Notes under the pieces: model-generated
What the model was told of the DNA's origin: nothing
Seen by the model: the letters and a program-made list of their open reading frames with translations, nothing else
Databases searched by the model: none
Shown: in pieces, positions 52,922-63,548 of the stretch
Layout of the letters: each line of letters opens with the position of its first letter
Position numbering within the stretch: the stretch's first letter is position 1
Translations under genes and position numbers: made by a program
Source: Escherichia coli
Lineage (GTDB): Bacteria; Pseudomonadota; Gammaproteobacteria; Enterobacterales; Enterobacteriaceae
Assembly (NCBI RefSeq): GCF_041886205.1
Contig: NZ_CP169029.1
Reading direction: 5' to 3' (one strand)
Length of the DNA: 64,000 nucleotides

Positions 52922-54956
52922 TTGCAGGAGCTGCCTATGTTGAGAATGACCCCACTTGCATCAGCAATCGTAGCGTTATTGCTCGGCATTGAAGCTTATG
53001 CAGCTGAAGAAACCTTTGATACCCATTTTATGATAGGTGGAATGAAAGACCAGCAGGTTGCAAATATTCGTCTTGATGATAATCAACCCTTACCTGGGCA
53101 GTATGACATCGATATTTATGTCAATAAGCAATGGCGCGGGAAATATGAGATTATTGTTAAAGACAACCCGCAAGAAACATGTTTATCAAGAGAGGTTATC
53201 AAGCGGTTAGGCATTAATAGCGATAACTTCGCCAGCGGTAAGCAATGTTTAACATTTGAGCAACTTGTTCAGGGTGGGAGCTATACCTGGGATATCGGGG
53301 TTTTTCGTCTCGATTTCAGTGTCCCGCAGGCCTGGGTGGAAGAACTGGAAAGTGGCTATGTTCCACCGGAAAACTGGGAGCGGGGTATTAATGCGTTTTA
53401 TACCTCTTATTATCTGAGTCAGTATTACAGTGACTATAAAGCGTCGGGTAATAGTAAGAGTACATATGTACGTTTTAACAGCGGGTTAAATTTACTGGGG
53501 TGGCAACTGCATTCTGATGCCAGTTTCAGTAAAACAAATAACAATCCAGGGGTGTGGAAAAGTAATACCCTGTATCTGGAACGTGGATTTGCCCAACTTC
53601 TCGGCACGCTTCGCGTGGGTGATATGTACACATCAAGCGATATTTTTGATTCTGTTCGCTTCAGCGGTGTGCGGTTGTTTCGTGATATGCAGATGTTGCC
53701 TAACTCGAAACAAAATTTTACGCCACGGGTGCAGGGGATTGCTCAGAGTAACGCGCTGGTAACTATTGAACAGAACGGTTTTGTCGTTTATCAGAAAGAG
53801 GTTCCTCCTGGCCCGTTCGCGATTACAGATTTGCAGTTGGCCGGTGGTGGAGCAGATCTTGATGTCAGCGTGAAAGAGGCGGACGGCTCGGTAACCACCT
53901 ATCTGGTGCCTTATGCAGCGGTGCCAAATATGCTGCAACCCGGCGTGTCGAAATATGATTTTGCGGCGGGTCGTAGCCATATTGAAGGGGCGAGCAAACA
54001 AAGTGATTTTGTCCAGGCGGGTTATCAGTATGGTTTTAATAATTTATTGACGCTGTATGGTGGCTCGATGGTCGCGAATAATTATTACGCGTTTACTTTG
54101 GGGACTGGCTGGAATACACGCATTGGTGCCATTTCCGTCGATGCCACGAAGTCGCATAGTAAACAAGACAACGACGATGTGTTTGACGGGCAAAGTTATC
54201 AAATTGCCTACAACAAATTTGTGAGCCAAACGTCGACGCGTTTTGGTCTGGCGGCCTGGCGTTATTCATCGCGTGATTACCGGACATTTAATGATCACGT
54301 TTGGGCAAACAATAAAGATAATTATCGCCGTGATGAAAACGATGTCTATGACATTGCCGATTATTACCAGAACGATTTTGGCCGTAAAAATAGCTTCTCT
54401 GCCAATATGAGCCAGTCATTGCCAGAAGGCTGGGGGTCTGTGTCCTTAAGTACGTTATGGCGAGATTACTGGGGGCGTAGCGGCAGCAGTAAGGATTATC
54501 AGTTGAGTTATTCCAATAACTGGCGGCGGATAAGCTATATCCTCGCGGCAAGCCAGGCGTATGACGAGAATCATCATGAAGAGAAACGTTTTAATATTTT
54601 TATATCGATTCCCTTTGATTGGGGTGATGACGTTACGACGCCTCGTCGGCAAATATATATGTCTAACTCAACGACGTTTGATGATCAGGGGTTTGCCTCA
54701 AATAATACGGGATTATCAGGAACCGTTGGAAGCCGGGATCAGTTTAACTATGGGGTCAACCTGAGTTATCAGAATCAGGGAAATGAAACGACAGCTGGGG
54801 CGAATTTGACCTGGAACGCGCCGGTTGCGACAGTGAATGGCAGTTATAGTCAGTCGAGTACTTATCGACAGGCTGGAGCCAGTGTTTCAGGGGGCATTGT
54901 CGCCTGGTCGGGGGGCGTTAATCTGGCGAACCGTCTTTCCGGGTAATGACTCCAAC

Positions 54957-55460
54957 TTATTGATAGTGTTTTATGTTCAGATAATGCCCGATAACTTTGT
55001 CATGCAGCTCCACCGATTTTGAGAACGACAGTGACTTCCTGCCCAGCCTTGCCAGATGCTGCCTCAGATTCAGGTTATGCCGCTCAATGCGCTGCGTATA
55101 TCGCTTGCTGATAACGTGCAGTTCTCCCTTCAGGCGTGATTCATAAAGCGGCCAGCCATCCGTCATCCATACCACGACCTCAAAGGCCGACAGCAGGCCC
55201 AGAAGACGCTCCAGCGTCGCCATAGTGCGTTCACCGAATACGTGCGCAACAACCGTCTTCCGGAGCCTGTCATACGCGTAAAACAGCCAGCGCTGGCGCG
55301 ATTTAGCCCCGACATAGCCCCACTGTTCGTCCATTTCCGCGCAGACGATGACGTCACTGCCCGGCTGTATGCGCGAGGTTACCGACTGCGGCCTGAGTTT
55401 TTTAAGTGACGTAAAATCGTGTTGAGGCCAACGCCCATAATGCGGGCAGTTGCCCGGCAT
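54957..55460 (-). CDS. insB: IS1 InsB' frame (fused to InsA by -1 frameshifting to give the InsAB' transposase)
   Basis: 167-aa ORF overlapping the insA 3' end in the -1 frame. Confidence 0.93.
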
Positions 55461-55654
55461 CCAACGCCATTCATGGCCATATCAATGATTTTCTGGTGCG
55501 TACCGGGTTGAGAAGCGGTGTAAGTGAACTGCAGTTGCCATGTTTTACGGCAGTGAGAGCAGAGATAGCGCTGATGTCCGGCGGTGCTTTTGCCGTTACG
55601 TACCACCCCGTCAGTAGCTGAACAGGAGGGACAGCTGATAGAAACAGAAGCCAC
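55379..55654 (-). CDS. insA: IS1 InsA (transposition inhibitor / N-terminal part of the transposase)
   Basis: 91-aa [42 protein letters not shown] (zinc finger plus HTH). Confidence 0.95.
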
Positions 55655-56204
55655 TGGAGCACCTCAAAAACACCATCATACACTAAATCAGTAAGTTGGC
55701 AGCATCACCGTCTTTCCGAAACGTTTGCTGTGATGAATGCGCCAGGAATTAAAGATGCTTATGTCAATGGGCAAAAATATCGCACAACAAACCTTAATGG
55801 AGTGGTGGTATACGACGGAATGACACCTTATCGGGAAAATCACCTGATGCTGGATGTGTCGCAAAGCGATAGCGAAGCAGAATTACGTGGCAACCGGAAA
55901 ATTGCCGCCCCTTATCGCGGCGCGGTTGTACTGGTTAATTTTGATACCGATCAGCGCAAGCCATGGTTTATAAAAGCGTTAAGAGCAGATGGGCAACCAT
56001 TAACGTTTGGTTATGAAGTCAATGATATCCATGGTCATAATATTGGCGTTGTCGGCCAGGGAAGTCAGTTATTTATTCGCACCAATGAAGTACCGCCAGC
56101 GGTTAATGTAGCAATTGATAAGCAACAAGGACTTTCATGCACAATCACCTTCGGTAATGAGATTGATGAAAGTAGAAATTATATCTGTCGGTGAGAGGTG
56201 GAAT

Positions 56205-57239
56205 ATGATGTTCAGAAATGGAATGTTACTAATATTTATTTTATGGGCTAATTTTACCTGGGCTGGATGTCGTACCACTGCATCATTAAATATTACAGAT
56301 AGTATTAATGTGGGGGAGATTTTAGCGAATGAGGTTTCCTTTAGTAAAAATGTCGTGTTTACTGGGATATCTTGTGATACGAGCACGGATAAAATAGTTT
56401 ATAAAAATATCCAAAGTGATTGGGTTGAAGTTGGGCCTTTTGGTAATGGTGAAAAGTTAAAGGTTAAAATAGAGTCTTTAGGTAAAACCAGTGAGACGAT
56501 TGGGAAATCCAGCAATGCGCAGGCAGAATTACCCTATGTGGTTAAAATTGCCAGAGGTACACTTGATTTTACTGGAGAAAGAAAACCAACCTGGTTTCTT
56601 TCAGATACTGTGATTGCAAATATTGGCGGTGAGTCATCTACATCCATCGACTTTTGGTTGGGAATTTGTAAGACATTGAAGATTAACTGGTGTGTAAGTT
56701 ATCTCACCAGTAAACTGGCGGGGGATACATTTACGCTTGGGTTAAGCATTTCCTATTATCCTAAAAATACGACCTGTAAGCCTGAAAACATAATAATAAA
56801 AGTAGATGATATTGCCTTGTCCCAGCTCAGAAGTCAGGGAAAGATTACGGCGAACAGTAAGGAAGGAGTAATTACGTTGAAATGTGATAATCTTTTCGGC
56901 GACAAAAACCAAGCATCGCGGAATATGGTCGTATATCTTTCCAGCAGTGACTTAGTTACAGGAAGCAATACAATTTTGCGTGGAAATATAGATAATGGTG
57001 TAGGATTTGTGTTGGATCTAAAAGAACCACCAAAAGGGACTGAAGCTGCCATCAAAATTTCTGCTAGCGGCAATCAGGGCGCGGCGACATCATTATGGAA
57101 AACAGATAAACCTGGGACTTCTTTAAATAGCAATATTATTAATATACCAATCATGGCCAGTTACTACGTCTACGATACAAACAAAGTTAAATCTGGCGCA
57201 CTGGAGGCAACCGCATTAATCAACGTGAAATACGACTAA
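56205..57239 (+). CDS. yehA: Fimbrial adhesin-like protein YehA
   Basis: Internal start MMFRNGMLLIFILWANFTWA gives 344 aa. Last gene of the chaperone-usher operon. Confidence 0.85.
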   Translation: MMFRNGMLLIFILWANFTWAGCRTTASLNITDSINVGEILANEVSFSKNVVFTGISCDTSTDKIVYKNIQSDWVEVGPFGNGEKLKVKIESLGKTSETIGKSSNAQAELPYVVKIARGTLDFTGERKPTWFLSDTVIANIGGESSTSIDFWLGICKTLKINWCVSYLTSKLAGDTFTLGLSISYYPKNTTCKPENIIIKVDDIALSQLRSQGKITANSKEGVITLKCDNLFGDKNQASRNMVVYLSSSDLVTGSNTILRGNIDNGVGFVLDLKEPPKGTEAAIKISASGNQGAATSLWKTDKPGTSLNSNIINIPIMASYYVYDTNKVKSGALEATALINVKYD

Positions 57240-57295
57240 TAACAAGCAAGACGAGCAAGTGGCTAATAATAAAAAATAACAAGGTGTCTGCATTT

Positions 57296-57322
57296 CCCCC
57301 TCATGATGAGGGGGCTTTTTTT
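57296..57322 (+). terminator. Intrinsic terminator after yehA
   Basis: ccccctca-tga-tgaggggg followed by ctttttttt. Confidence 0.75.
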
Positions 57323-57659
57323 AGCGATGATAAAAAATCTCACCGTCGTAGGCTTTAATGATTTTACCGTCGGTGTCGCTGATCAACACGTACGCGCCAC
57401 CCATATAGGTCCAGTGCGTCCCGGCATCAGGCGCGGGCAGGTTACGTAACTGCCACTGCTTAATGTTGTACTCATCGGTGCGGTACATCTCTGGGACGGT
57501 ATCGCCTGGTTTGAAATGCTTAAAGTCAGCAATGAAACTGCTTAACTCATACTTAGAAATTCCCGAGGTATTGGTCGAACCCGCGGTGGCTGGTGCGGCC
57601 CAGGCGGCACTGGTAACCAGCAAAAGCGCACCCAGTGACATCTTATTTTTAATGGTCAT
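57321..57659 (-). CDS. rcnB: Periplasmic Ni/Co homeostasis protein RcnB (YohN)
   Basis: Internal start MTIKNKMSLGALLLVTSAAWA gives 112 aa. ATG confirmed at 57657-57659. Confidence 0.88.
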   Translation of the reverse strand: MTIKNKMSLGALLLVTSAAWAAPATAGSTNTSGISKYELSSFIADFKHFKPGDTVPEMYRTDEYNIKQWQLRNLPAPDAGTHWTYMGGAYVLISDTDGKIIKAYDGEIFYHR

Positions 57660-57880
57660 AAACTCTCCACTTTGGGGATCTGTAATATCAGTCGCATATC
57701 TTTCCTGCCATACAATATAACTGACAAGCGATATTTTGTTAGTGATCCCATGATTTCGTAAAAAGTGTAAATGAAAGGATGCCCTAAAAGCATCCTTAGC
57801 GAGCAGAGAGTCAGCGGAAATAGCTGATTTAAGAATCATCCTGGGCTGAAGATAACATGCAAGCCTAAAGGATTGAGTTA

Positions 57881-58727
57881 TCACATTATGCCCATGAAGC
57901 CATGTACGCCCATATACACACCGACTAAGCCAATCAACAGACTGGAAAAATAGGGGGCGCGTTTAGCGAGAGTGTTAAATCCGCTCCAGCGTTTTGCGAC
58001 CTGCTGAACGCTGATTGCTGCGCCAACGCCTACGGTGACAAGCGTTAACGCCAGGCCAATGCTGAAACTGACGACCAGTGTTGCGCCCAGTGTCAGGGCT
58101 TTCAACTGAATGCATATCAACAGCACGGTAATTGCTGCCGGGCAGGGGATAAGGCCACCGGTTAAGCCAAATAACAAAATTTGCCAGTTGGTGACCTCTC
58201 TACCATCAAAGCGTCGTTTAATGTCATTGGCATGGGCTCGTGCATGGGCATCCTGATACTCGCCATGTTCGTGATGGTGATGATGTCCATGGTCGAGGTG
58301 ATGTTCGTGGTCTTGATGATGTTCGTGATCGTGATGATGGTGATGATGCTCATAATCATGCCCGTGCATATTCTCCAGCCAGTTGCGTTCGCCGCGCCAG
58401 GTACGCCAGAACATCCAGAACGCGGTGCCAATAATGATCACTGCGGAAATCAGCTGGAGCCACGGTTCTGCTGATTGAGCAGTAAAGCGCTTACTGATCA
58501 CCATCCCGCCAAAGGCAATCAACCAGACCACCGCGGTATGCGAAATGGTTGCTGCCAGTCCGAGCATCACCGCCTGTTTAATGGTGCCTTTGGATGGCGA
58601 TGATAAACGCCGCCATCATCGTTTTTGAGTGCCCTGGTTCCAGGCCATGAAGCGCACCAAGTAAGATGGCGCTGGGGATGAAGAACCAGGCGTTTCCTTG
58701 CTGAAGAAGAGTTGTAAATTCGGTCAT
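57881..58727 (-). pseudogene. rcnA: Ni/Co efflux protein RcnA, frameshifted by a 1-nt insertion near codon 46
   Basis: From the ATG at 58727: MTEFTTLLQQGNAWFFIPSAILLGALHGLEPGHSKTMMAAFIIAI, then QRHH*. The frame of the rest (…VMLGLAATISHTAVVW to the end, track ORF 57881..58570) is reached by deleting one G of the GG at 58592-58593. His-rich loop present. Confidence 0.85.
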
Positions 58728-58764
58728 GATAATAATTCTTAGTATTAATTCGGCAATCTGATTC

Positions 58765-58799
58765 TACTCCCCCCCAGTACCTGATACTCCCCCCCAGTA
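58765..58799. promoter_or_regulatory. Two RcnR operator dyads (TACT-G6-N-AGTA type) in the rcnA-rcnR divergent promoter
   Basis: tactcccccccagta occurs at 58765-58779 and again at 58785-58799. This matches the published RcnR recognition pattern. Confidence 0.85.
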
Positions 58800-58847
58800 G
58801 ATTAATAGTGCTATGATTTTTCATATTCTTGTTAACCAGGTGTTGCC

Positions 58848-59120
58848 ATGTCTCATACAATCCGTGATAAACAGAAACTGAAAGCGCGTGCCAGTAAGAT
58901 TCAGGGCCAGGTCGTGGCGCTCAAGAAAATGCTCGACGAACCGCACGAATGCGCTGCAGTTTTACAACAGATTGCTGCTATCCGTGGAGCGGTAAACGGT
59001 CTGATGCGGGAAGTGATTAAAGGTCATCTGACGGAACACATCGTTCACCAGGGGGATGAGCTAAAACGTGAAGAAGATCTGGATGTCGTTCTGAAGGTGC
59101 TGGATTCATATATCAAATAA
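58848..59120 (+). CDS. rcnR: Ni/Co-responsive repressor RcnR (CsoR/RcnR family)
   Basis: 90-aa [25 protein letters not shown]. Family-typical His/Cys ligands. Confidence 0.93.
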
Positions 59121-59214
59121 TTTATTAACGCGATTGTAAAACTGCCGTTTTTCCTCGTTTACAACGGGTGCGCTGGACATTACCATCCTCCTCTGCGATT
59201 TATCATCGCAACCA

Positions 59215-59342
59215 AACGACTCGGGGTGCCCTTCTGCGTGAAGGCTGAGAAATACCCGTATCACCTGATCTGGATAATGCCAGCGTAGGGAAGTCACGGA
59301 CCACCAGGTCATTGCTTCTTCACGTTATGGCAGGAGCAAACT
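59215..59342 (+). promoter_or_regulatory. TPP (thi-box) riboswitch controlling thiM translation
   Basis: gactcggggtgcccttctgcgtgaaggctgagaaatacccgtatcacctgatctggataatgccagcgtagggaagtc matches the E. coli thiM aptamer. The platform reaches the SD ggagcaaactATG. Confidence 0.92.
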
Positions 59343-60131
59343 ATGCAAGTCGACCTGCTGAGTTCAGCGCAATCTGCGCACGCGTTACACCTTTTTCACC
59401 AACATTCCCCTCTTGTGCACTGCATGACCAACGATGTGGTGCAAACCTTTACTGCCAATACCTTGCTGGCGCTCGGTGCATCGCCAGCGATGGTTATCGA
59501 AACCGAAGAGGCCAGTCAGTTTGCGGCTATTGCTAGTGCGTTGCTGATTAACGTTGGCACGCTGACGCAGCCACGCGCACAGGCGATGCGTGCCGCCGTT
59601 GAGCAAGCAAAAAGCTCTCAAACCCCCTGGACGCTTGATCCAGTAGCGGTTGGTGCGCTCGATTATCGCCGCCATTTTTGTCATGAACTTTTATCTTTTA
59701 AACCGGCAGCGATACGTAGTAATGCTTCGGAAATCATGGCATTAGCTGGCGTTGCTAATGGCGGACGGGGAGTGGAAACCACTGACGCCGCAGCTAACGC
59801 GATACCCGCTGCACAAACACTGGCACGGGAAACTGGCGCAATCGTCGTGGTCACAGGCGAGGTGGATTATGTTACCGATGGGCATCGTATCGTTGGCATT
59901 CACGGTGGCGATCCGCTAATGACCAAAGTGGTAGGAACTGGCTGTGCATTATCGGCGGTTGTTGCTGCCTGTTGTGCGTTACCAGGCGATACGCTGGAAA
60001 ATGTCGCATCTGCCTGTCACTGGATGAAACAAGCCGGAGAACGCGCAGTCGCCAGAAGCGAGGGACCAGGCAGTTTTGTTCCACATTTCCTTGATGCGCT
60101 CTGGCAATTGACGCAGGAGGTGCAGGCATGA
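59343..60131 (+). CDS. thiM: Hydroxyethylthiazole kinase
   Basis: 262-aa ORF downstream of the riboswitch. 4-nt overlap with thiD. Confidence 0.93.
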   Translation: MQVDLLSSAQSAHALHLFHQHSPLVHCMTNDVVQTFTANTLLALGASPAMVIETEEASQFAAIASALLINVGTLTQPRAQAMRAAVEQAKSSQTPWTLDPVAVGALDYRRHFCHELLSFKPAAIRSNASEIMALAGVANGGRGVETTDAAANAIPAAQTLARETGAIVVVTGEVDYVTDGHRIVGIHGGDPLMTKVVGTGCALSAVVAACCALPGDTLENVASACHWMKQAGERAVARSEGPGSFVPHFLDALWQLTQEVQA

Positions 60132-60928
60132 CACGAATTAACGCTCTGACGATTGCCGGTACTGATCCGAGTGGTGGTGCGGGGATTCAGGCCGATCTTA
60201 AAACCTTCTCGGCACTTGGCGCTTATGGTTGCTCAGTTATTACTGCACTGGTGGCGCAAAATACCCGTGGCGTACAGTCGGTGTATCGCATTGAGCCTGA
60301 TTTTGTTGCCGCCCAGCTCGATTCGGTGTTCAGCGATGTGCGAATCGACACCACTAAAATCGGTATGTTGGCGGAAACCGATATTGTTGAAGCGGTGGCA
60401 GAACGGTTGCAACGTTATCAGATCCAAAACGTGGTACTCGACACCGTTATGCTGGCAAAAAGCGGCGATCCGCTGCTTTCACCTTCGGCGGTTGCCACGC
60501 TACGCAGTCGATTATTGCCACAGGTTTCATTAATAACGCCAAACTTGCCCGAAGCTGCCGCCTTGCTCGACGCGCCACACGCGCGCAACGAACAGGAAAT
60601 GCTGGAACAAGGGCGATCGCTGTTGGCGATGGGCTGTGGCGCAGTGCTAATGAAAGGTGGTCATCTGGATGATGAGCAAAGCCCGGACTGGCTGTTTACT
60701 CGCGAGGGTGAACAACGGTTTACCGCACCGCGCATTATGACCAAAAACACCCACGGCACTGGTTGTACGCTCTCTGCGGCGTTGGCTGCACTACGCCCGC
60801 GCCATACAAACTGGGCTGACACCGTACAGGAGGCAAAAAGCTGGCTTTCATCGGCGTTAGCCCAGGCCGACACGCTGGAAGTTGGTCACGGTATTGGTCC
60901 GGTTCACCACTTCCACGCCTGGTGGTGA
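60128..60928 (+). CDS. thiD: Hydroxymethylpyrimidine / phosphomethylpyrimidine kinase
   Basis: 266-aa ORF. Ribokinase-like fold motifs ([24 protein letters not shown]). Confidence 0.93.
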   Translation: MTRINALTIAGTDPSGGAGIQADLKTFSALGAYGCSVITALVAQNTRGVQSVYRIEPDFVAAQLDSVFSDVRIDTTKIGMLAETDIVEAVAERLQRYQIQNVVLDTVMLAKSGDPLLSPSAVATLRSRLLPQVSLITPNLPEAAALLDAPHARNEQEMLEQGRSLLAMGCGAVLMKGGHLDDEQSPDWLFTREGEQRFTAPRIMTKNTHGTGCTLSAALAALRPRHTNWADTVQEAKSWLSSALAQADTLEVGHGIGPVHHFHAWW

Positions 60929-60992
60929 GCACCGTACTATAGCTGCTTTGGTTATTGTCAGCCTTTGGCACTGACATTCAGGGATGAAACCA

Positions 60993-61811
60993 ATGCAGCT
61001 AAGAATCACCAGTCGAAAAAAACTCACCGCTTTATTATGCGCTCTTGGGCTAATTTCCATCGTTGCGATTCATCCGCGTCAGACGGTGAATTTTTTCTAT
61101 TCGACAGCAATTCAGATTAAAGACTACATCCACTTCTACGGTTATCGCCCGGTTAAATCTTTCGCTATTCGCATTCCTGCCAGTTACACCATTCACGGAA
61201 TAGATGTTTCGCGCTGGCAGGAACGGATCGACTGGCAGCGGGTGGCAAAAATGCGCGATAACGGTATTCGCTTACAATTTGCCTTTCTTAAGGCGACGGA
61301 AGGCGAAAAGCTGGTGGACCCCTATTTTTCGCGTAACTGGCAACTAAGCCGCGAAAATGGCCTGCTGCGCGGGGCGTATCATTATTTTTCCCCGTCGGTA
61401 TCCGCTTCAGTTCAGGCGAGATTATTTCTGCAAACGGTGGATTTCTCACAAGGCGATTTCCCTGCCGTACTGGACGTAGAAGAACGGGGAAAATTATCGG
61501 CAAAAGAATTACGCAAGCGGGTAAGTCAGTGGCTAAAAATGGTAGAAAAACGCACGGGAAAAAAGCCGATTATTTACTCAGGAGCCGTTTTTTATCACAC
61601 GAATCTGGCGGGCTATTTTAATGAATATCCGTGGTGGGTGGCTCACTATTATCAACGTCGTCCGGACAATGACGGAATGGCCTGGCGCTTCTGGCAGCAT
61701 TCCGACCGTGGACAGGTAGATGGCATCAATGGTCCGGTGGATTTTAATGTGTTTAATGGCACGGTGGAGGAGTTGCAGACATTCGTTGATGGGATTAAAG
61801 AAACGCCTTAA
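60993..61811 (+). CDS. yegX: GH25-family lysozyme-like protein YegX
   Basis: ORF with an N-terminal anchor and a GH25 pattern (GIDVSRWQ...DW...). I prefer the start MQLRITSRKK (272 aa). The track start at 60984 is an alternative. Confidence 0.8.
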   Translation: MQLRITSRKKLTALLCALGLISIVAIHPRQTVNFFYSTAIQIKDYIHFYGYRPVKSFAIRIPASYTIHGIDVSRWQERIDWQRVAKMRDNGIRLQFAFLKATEGEKLVDPYFSRNWQLSRENGLLRGAYHYFSPSVSASVQARLFLQTVDFSQGDFPAVLDVEERGKLSAKELRKRVSQWLKMVEKRTGKKPIIYSGAVFYHTNLAGYFNEYPWWVAHYYQRRPDNDGMAWRFWQHSDRGQVDGINGPVDFNVFNGTVEELQTFVDGIKETP

Positions 61812-61862
61812 ATAAGAAGCAGTGATATACTCCCACCAGACTCCCCGGCAGGAAAAAGACAA

Positions 61863-62609
61863 ATGGAACAAGCGCATACCCAGCTGATTGCCCAACTGAA
61901 CGAGCGTATTTTAGCGGCGGATAACACGCCGCTTTATATTAAGTTTGCCGAAACGGTAAAAAATGCCGTGCGCAGCGGGGTGCTGGAGCATGGCAATATT
62001 TTGCCCGGTGAGCGTGATTTAAGTCAGTTAACCGGCGTTTCGCGCATTACGGTGCGCAAGGCGATGCAGGCGCTGGAAGAAGAGGGTGTGGTGACGCGTT
62101 CGCGCGGTTACGGCACGCAGATCAACAACATCTTCGAATACTCGTTGAAAGAAGCGCGAGGTTTTTCTCAGCAGGTGGTATTGCGCGGGAAAAAGCCCGA
62201 TACGCTATGGGTTAACAAGCGTGTCGTGAAATGTCCCGAAGAAGTCGCGCAGCAGCTGGCGGTCGAAGCAGGAAGTGATGTCTTTTTGCTTAAGCGTATT
62301 CGCTATGTCGATGAAGAAGCGGTATCGATTGAGGAATCGTGGGTTCCGGCGCATTTAATTCATGATGTTGATGCCATCGGGATTTCACTTTATGACTATT
62401 TCCGCAGCCAGCACATTTACCCACAACGTACGCGTTCCCGCGTTAGCGCCCGGATGCCGGATGCCGAGTTTCAGTCACATATTCAGTTAGATAGCAAAAT
62501 ACCGGTGCTGGTGATCAAGCAAGTGGCGCTTGACCAACAGCAACGGCCTATTGAGTACAGCATTAGCCACTGTCGCAGCGATCTATACGTTTTTGTGTGC
62601 GAGGAGTAG
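61863..62609 (+). CDS. yegW: GntR/HutC-family transcriptional regulator YegW
   Basis: 248-aa ORF. Winged HTH (LPGERDLSQLTGVSRITVRKAMQALEEEG) plus a UTRA-like C-terminus. Confidence 0.9.
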   Translation: MEQAHTQLIAQLNERILAADNTPLYIKFAETVKNAVRSGVLEHGNILPGERDLSQLTGVSRITVRKAMQALEEEGVVTRSRGYGTQINNIFEYSLKEARGFSQQVVLRGKKPDTLWVNKRVVKCPEEVAQQLAVEAGSDVFLLKRIRYVDEEAVSIEESWVPAHLIHDVDAIGISLYDYFRSQHIYPQRTRSRVSARMPDAEFQSHIQLDSKIPVLVIKQVALDQQQRPIEYSISHCRSDLYVFVCEE

Positions 62610-63548
62610 TTCCTCGCGCGTTGGCGCACAATCACCGCCCCGATGCCCGACAACCCACGACGCCACTGCATTGCCCAGTAATACGGCATCCGCCAGTGGC
62701 AGACCAGAGGCCAGCCCGGCAAGTACGCCACCGGCATGACTGTCGCCCGCCCCAATGGTGTCGACAACTTGCGTTGGAAATGCCGGAATGCAGCCAGAAG
62801 CGTCGTTGCTGAAATACCATGCGCCTTCTTTATCGAGACGAACGATCAACGGCGCGGCAAATTTCTCCTGCCATTGCTTGCCAAGTGTTGTTATCTCTGC
62901 GGATAAAGCAAAACGTTCGGCGGCAATCTCAGCCTCTTGACGATTGAGCGACACTAAAGGTCGACAGGCCATGATCCGCGCCAGTAATGCATCCGGGATA
63001 TCGCCAATACGTGGGCCAAAATCGATAAACGGCGTCACGTCTTGCAGCTCTTCCAGCCACTCCACTAACAATTCGCCGCAGGGCGAGGCCAGTTGATAAC
63101 CGGAAAAATAGAGCAGGCTGCCAGGCGCAACGGTTAATCGCGCCAGCCACTGGCGATTCCACTGATTTTCAACACCGCTGAATGACATAAAAGTGCGTTC
63201 GCCATCCGGCTCAACCAGCGCCAGACACCAGCCGTTATCACCTTCGGCGTTATCGATCAGGCTGATTAAGCCCTCTTTTGCCATCCGGTTGCGAATAATC
63301 TCCGCCCACACGCCCTGACCGAGCGGCAAGGCATTACCCGCTTCGATGCCGAGGCGCTTTAACGCCACGGCAATATTCAGTGCGCAGCCGCCAACGTTAA
63401 CGCTCTGCTGTTTCAGTTCGATATCGCACCCACGCCAGGGGAGGGCATAAGCGTCGGCGATCACATCAATGACCGCCGCGCCGACGACCATCACCGGCTG
63501 ACGCGAGGTTAATTCAGGCAGCAGCGTGTGTAATCGAGCGCCGCTCAT
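62583..63548 (-). CDS. yegV: PfkB-family sugar/nucleoside kinase YegV
   Basis: 321-aa ORF. PfkB signature DTIGAGDSHAGG. 27-nt convergent overlap with yegW and 4-nt overlap with yegU. Confidence 0.9.
   Translation of the reverse strand: MSGARLHTLLPELTSRQPVMVVGAAVIDVIADAYALPWRGCDIELKQQSVNVGGCALNIAVALKRLGIEAGNALPLGQGVWAEIIRNRMAKEGLISLIDNAEGDNGWCLALVEPDGERTFMSFSGVENQWNRQWLARLTVAPGSLLYFSGYQLASPCGELLVEWLEELQDVTPFIDFGPRIGDIPDALLARIMACRPLVSLNRQEAEIAAERFALSAEITTLGKQWQEKFAAPLIVRLDKEGAWYFSNDASGCIPAFPTQVVDTIGAGDSHAGGVLAGLASGLPLADAVLLGNAVASWVVGHRGGDCAPTREELLLAHKNV

Larger units (their letters stand above)
54942..55709 (-). mobile_element. IS1 insertion sequence, complete (768 bp)
   Basis: Termini ggtaatgactccaac ... 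gttggcagcatcacc. Flanked by the 9-bp direct repeat gtctttccg (54933-54941 and 55710-55718). Contains insA and insB plus the A6C slippery site (gttttttaa at 55397-55405 on the + strand). Confidence 0.97.
52937..56194 (+). pseudogene. yehB: Fimbrial outer-membrane usher YehB, interrupted by IS1
   Basis: The reading frame from MLRMTPLASAIVALLLG continues to 54941 (...VNLANRLS). It resumes after IS1 and one copy of the duplication at 55719 (ETFAVMNAPGIKD...). Removing 54942-55718 restores 826 codons. Confidence 0.9.

Noticed and set aside
55730-56194. 154-aa ORF after IS1, which could be taken as an independent gene
   Set aside because: It is the C-terminal part of the YehB usher. The frame continues from 54941 once IS1 and one target-repeat copy are removed.
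58240-58400. Repetitive CAT/CAC-rich DNA, considered as a possible tandem repeat or array
   Set aside because: It is the coding sequence of the His-rich cytoplasmic loop of RcnA. It has no spacer/repeat periodicity and is not CRISPR-like.
58567-58860. 97-aa ORF spanning the rcnA 5' region and the rcnA-rcnR operator region
   Set aside because: It is out of frame with the recognisable RcnA N-terminus and runs through the RcnR operator dyads and promoter. It is an artefact of the rcnA frameshift region.
62583-62609. 27-nt convergent overlap of the yegW and yegV 3' ends
   Set aside because: The overlap is real, but it appears to be the ordinary arrangement of this conserved locus. Nothing else unusual is visible.
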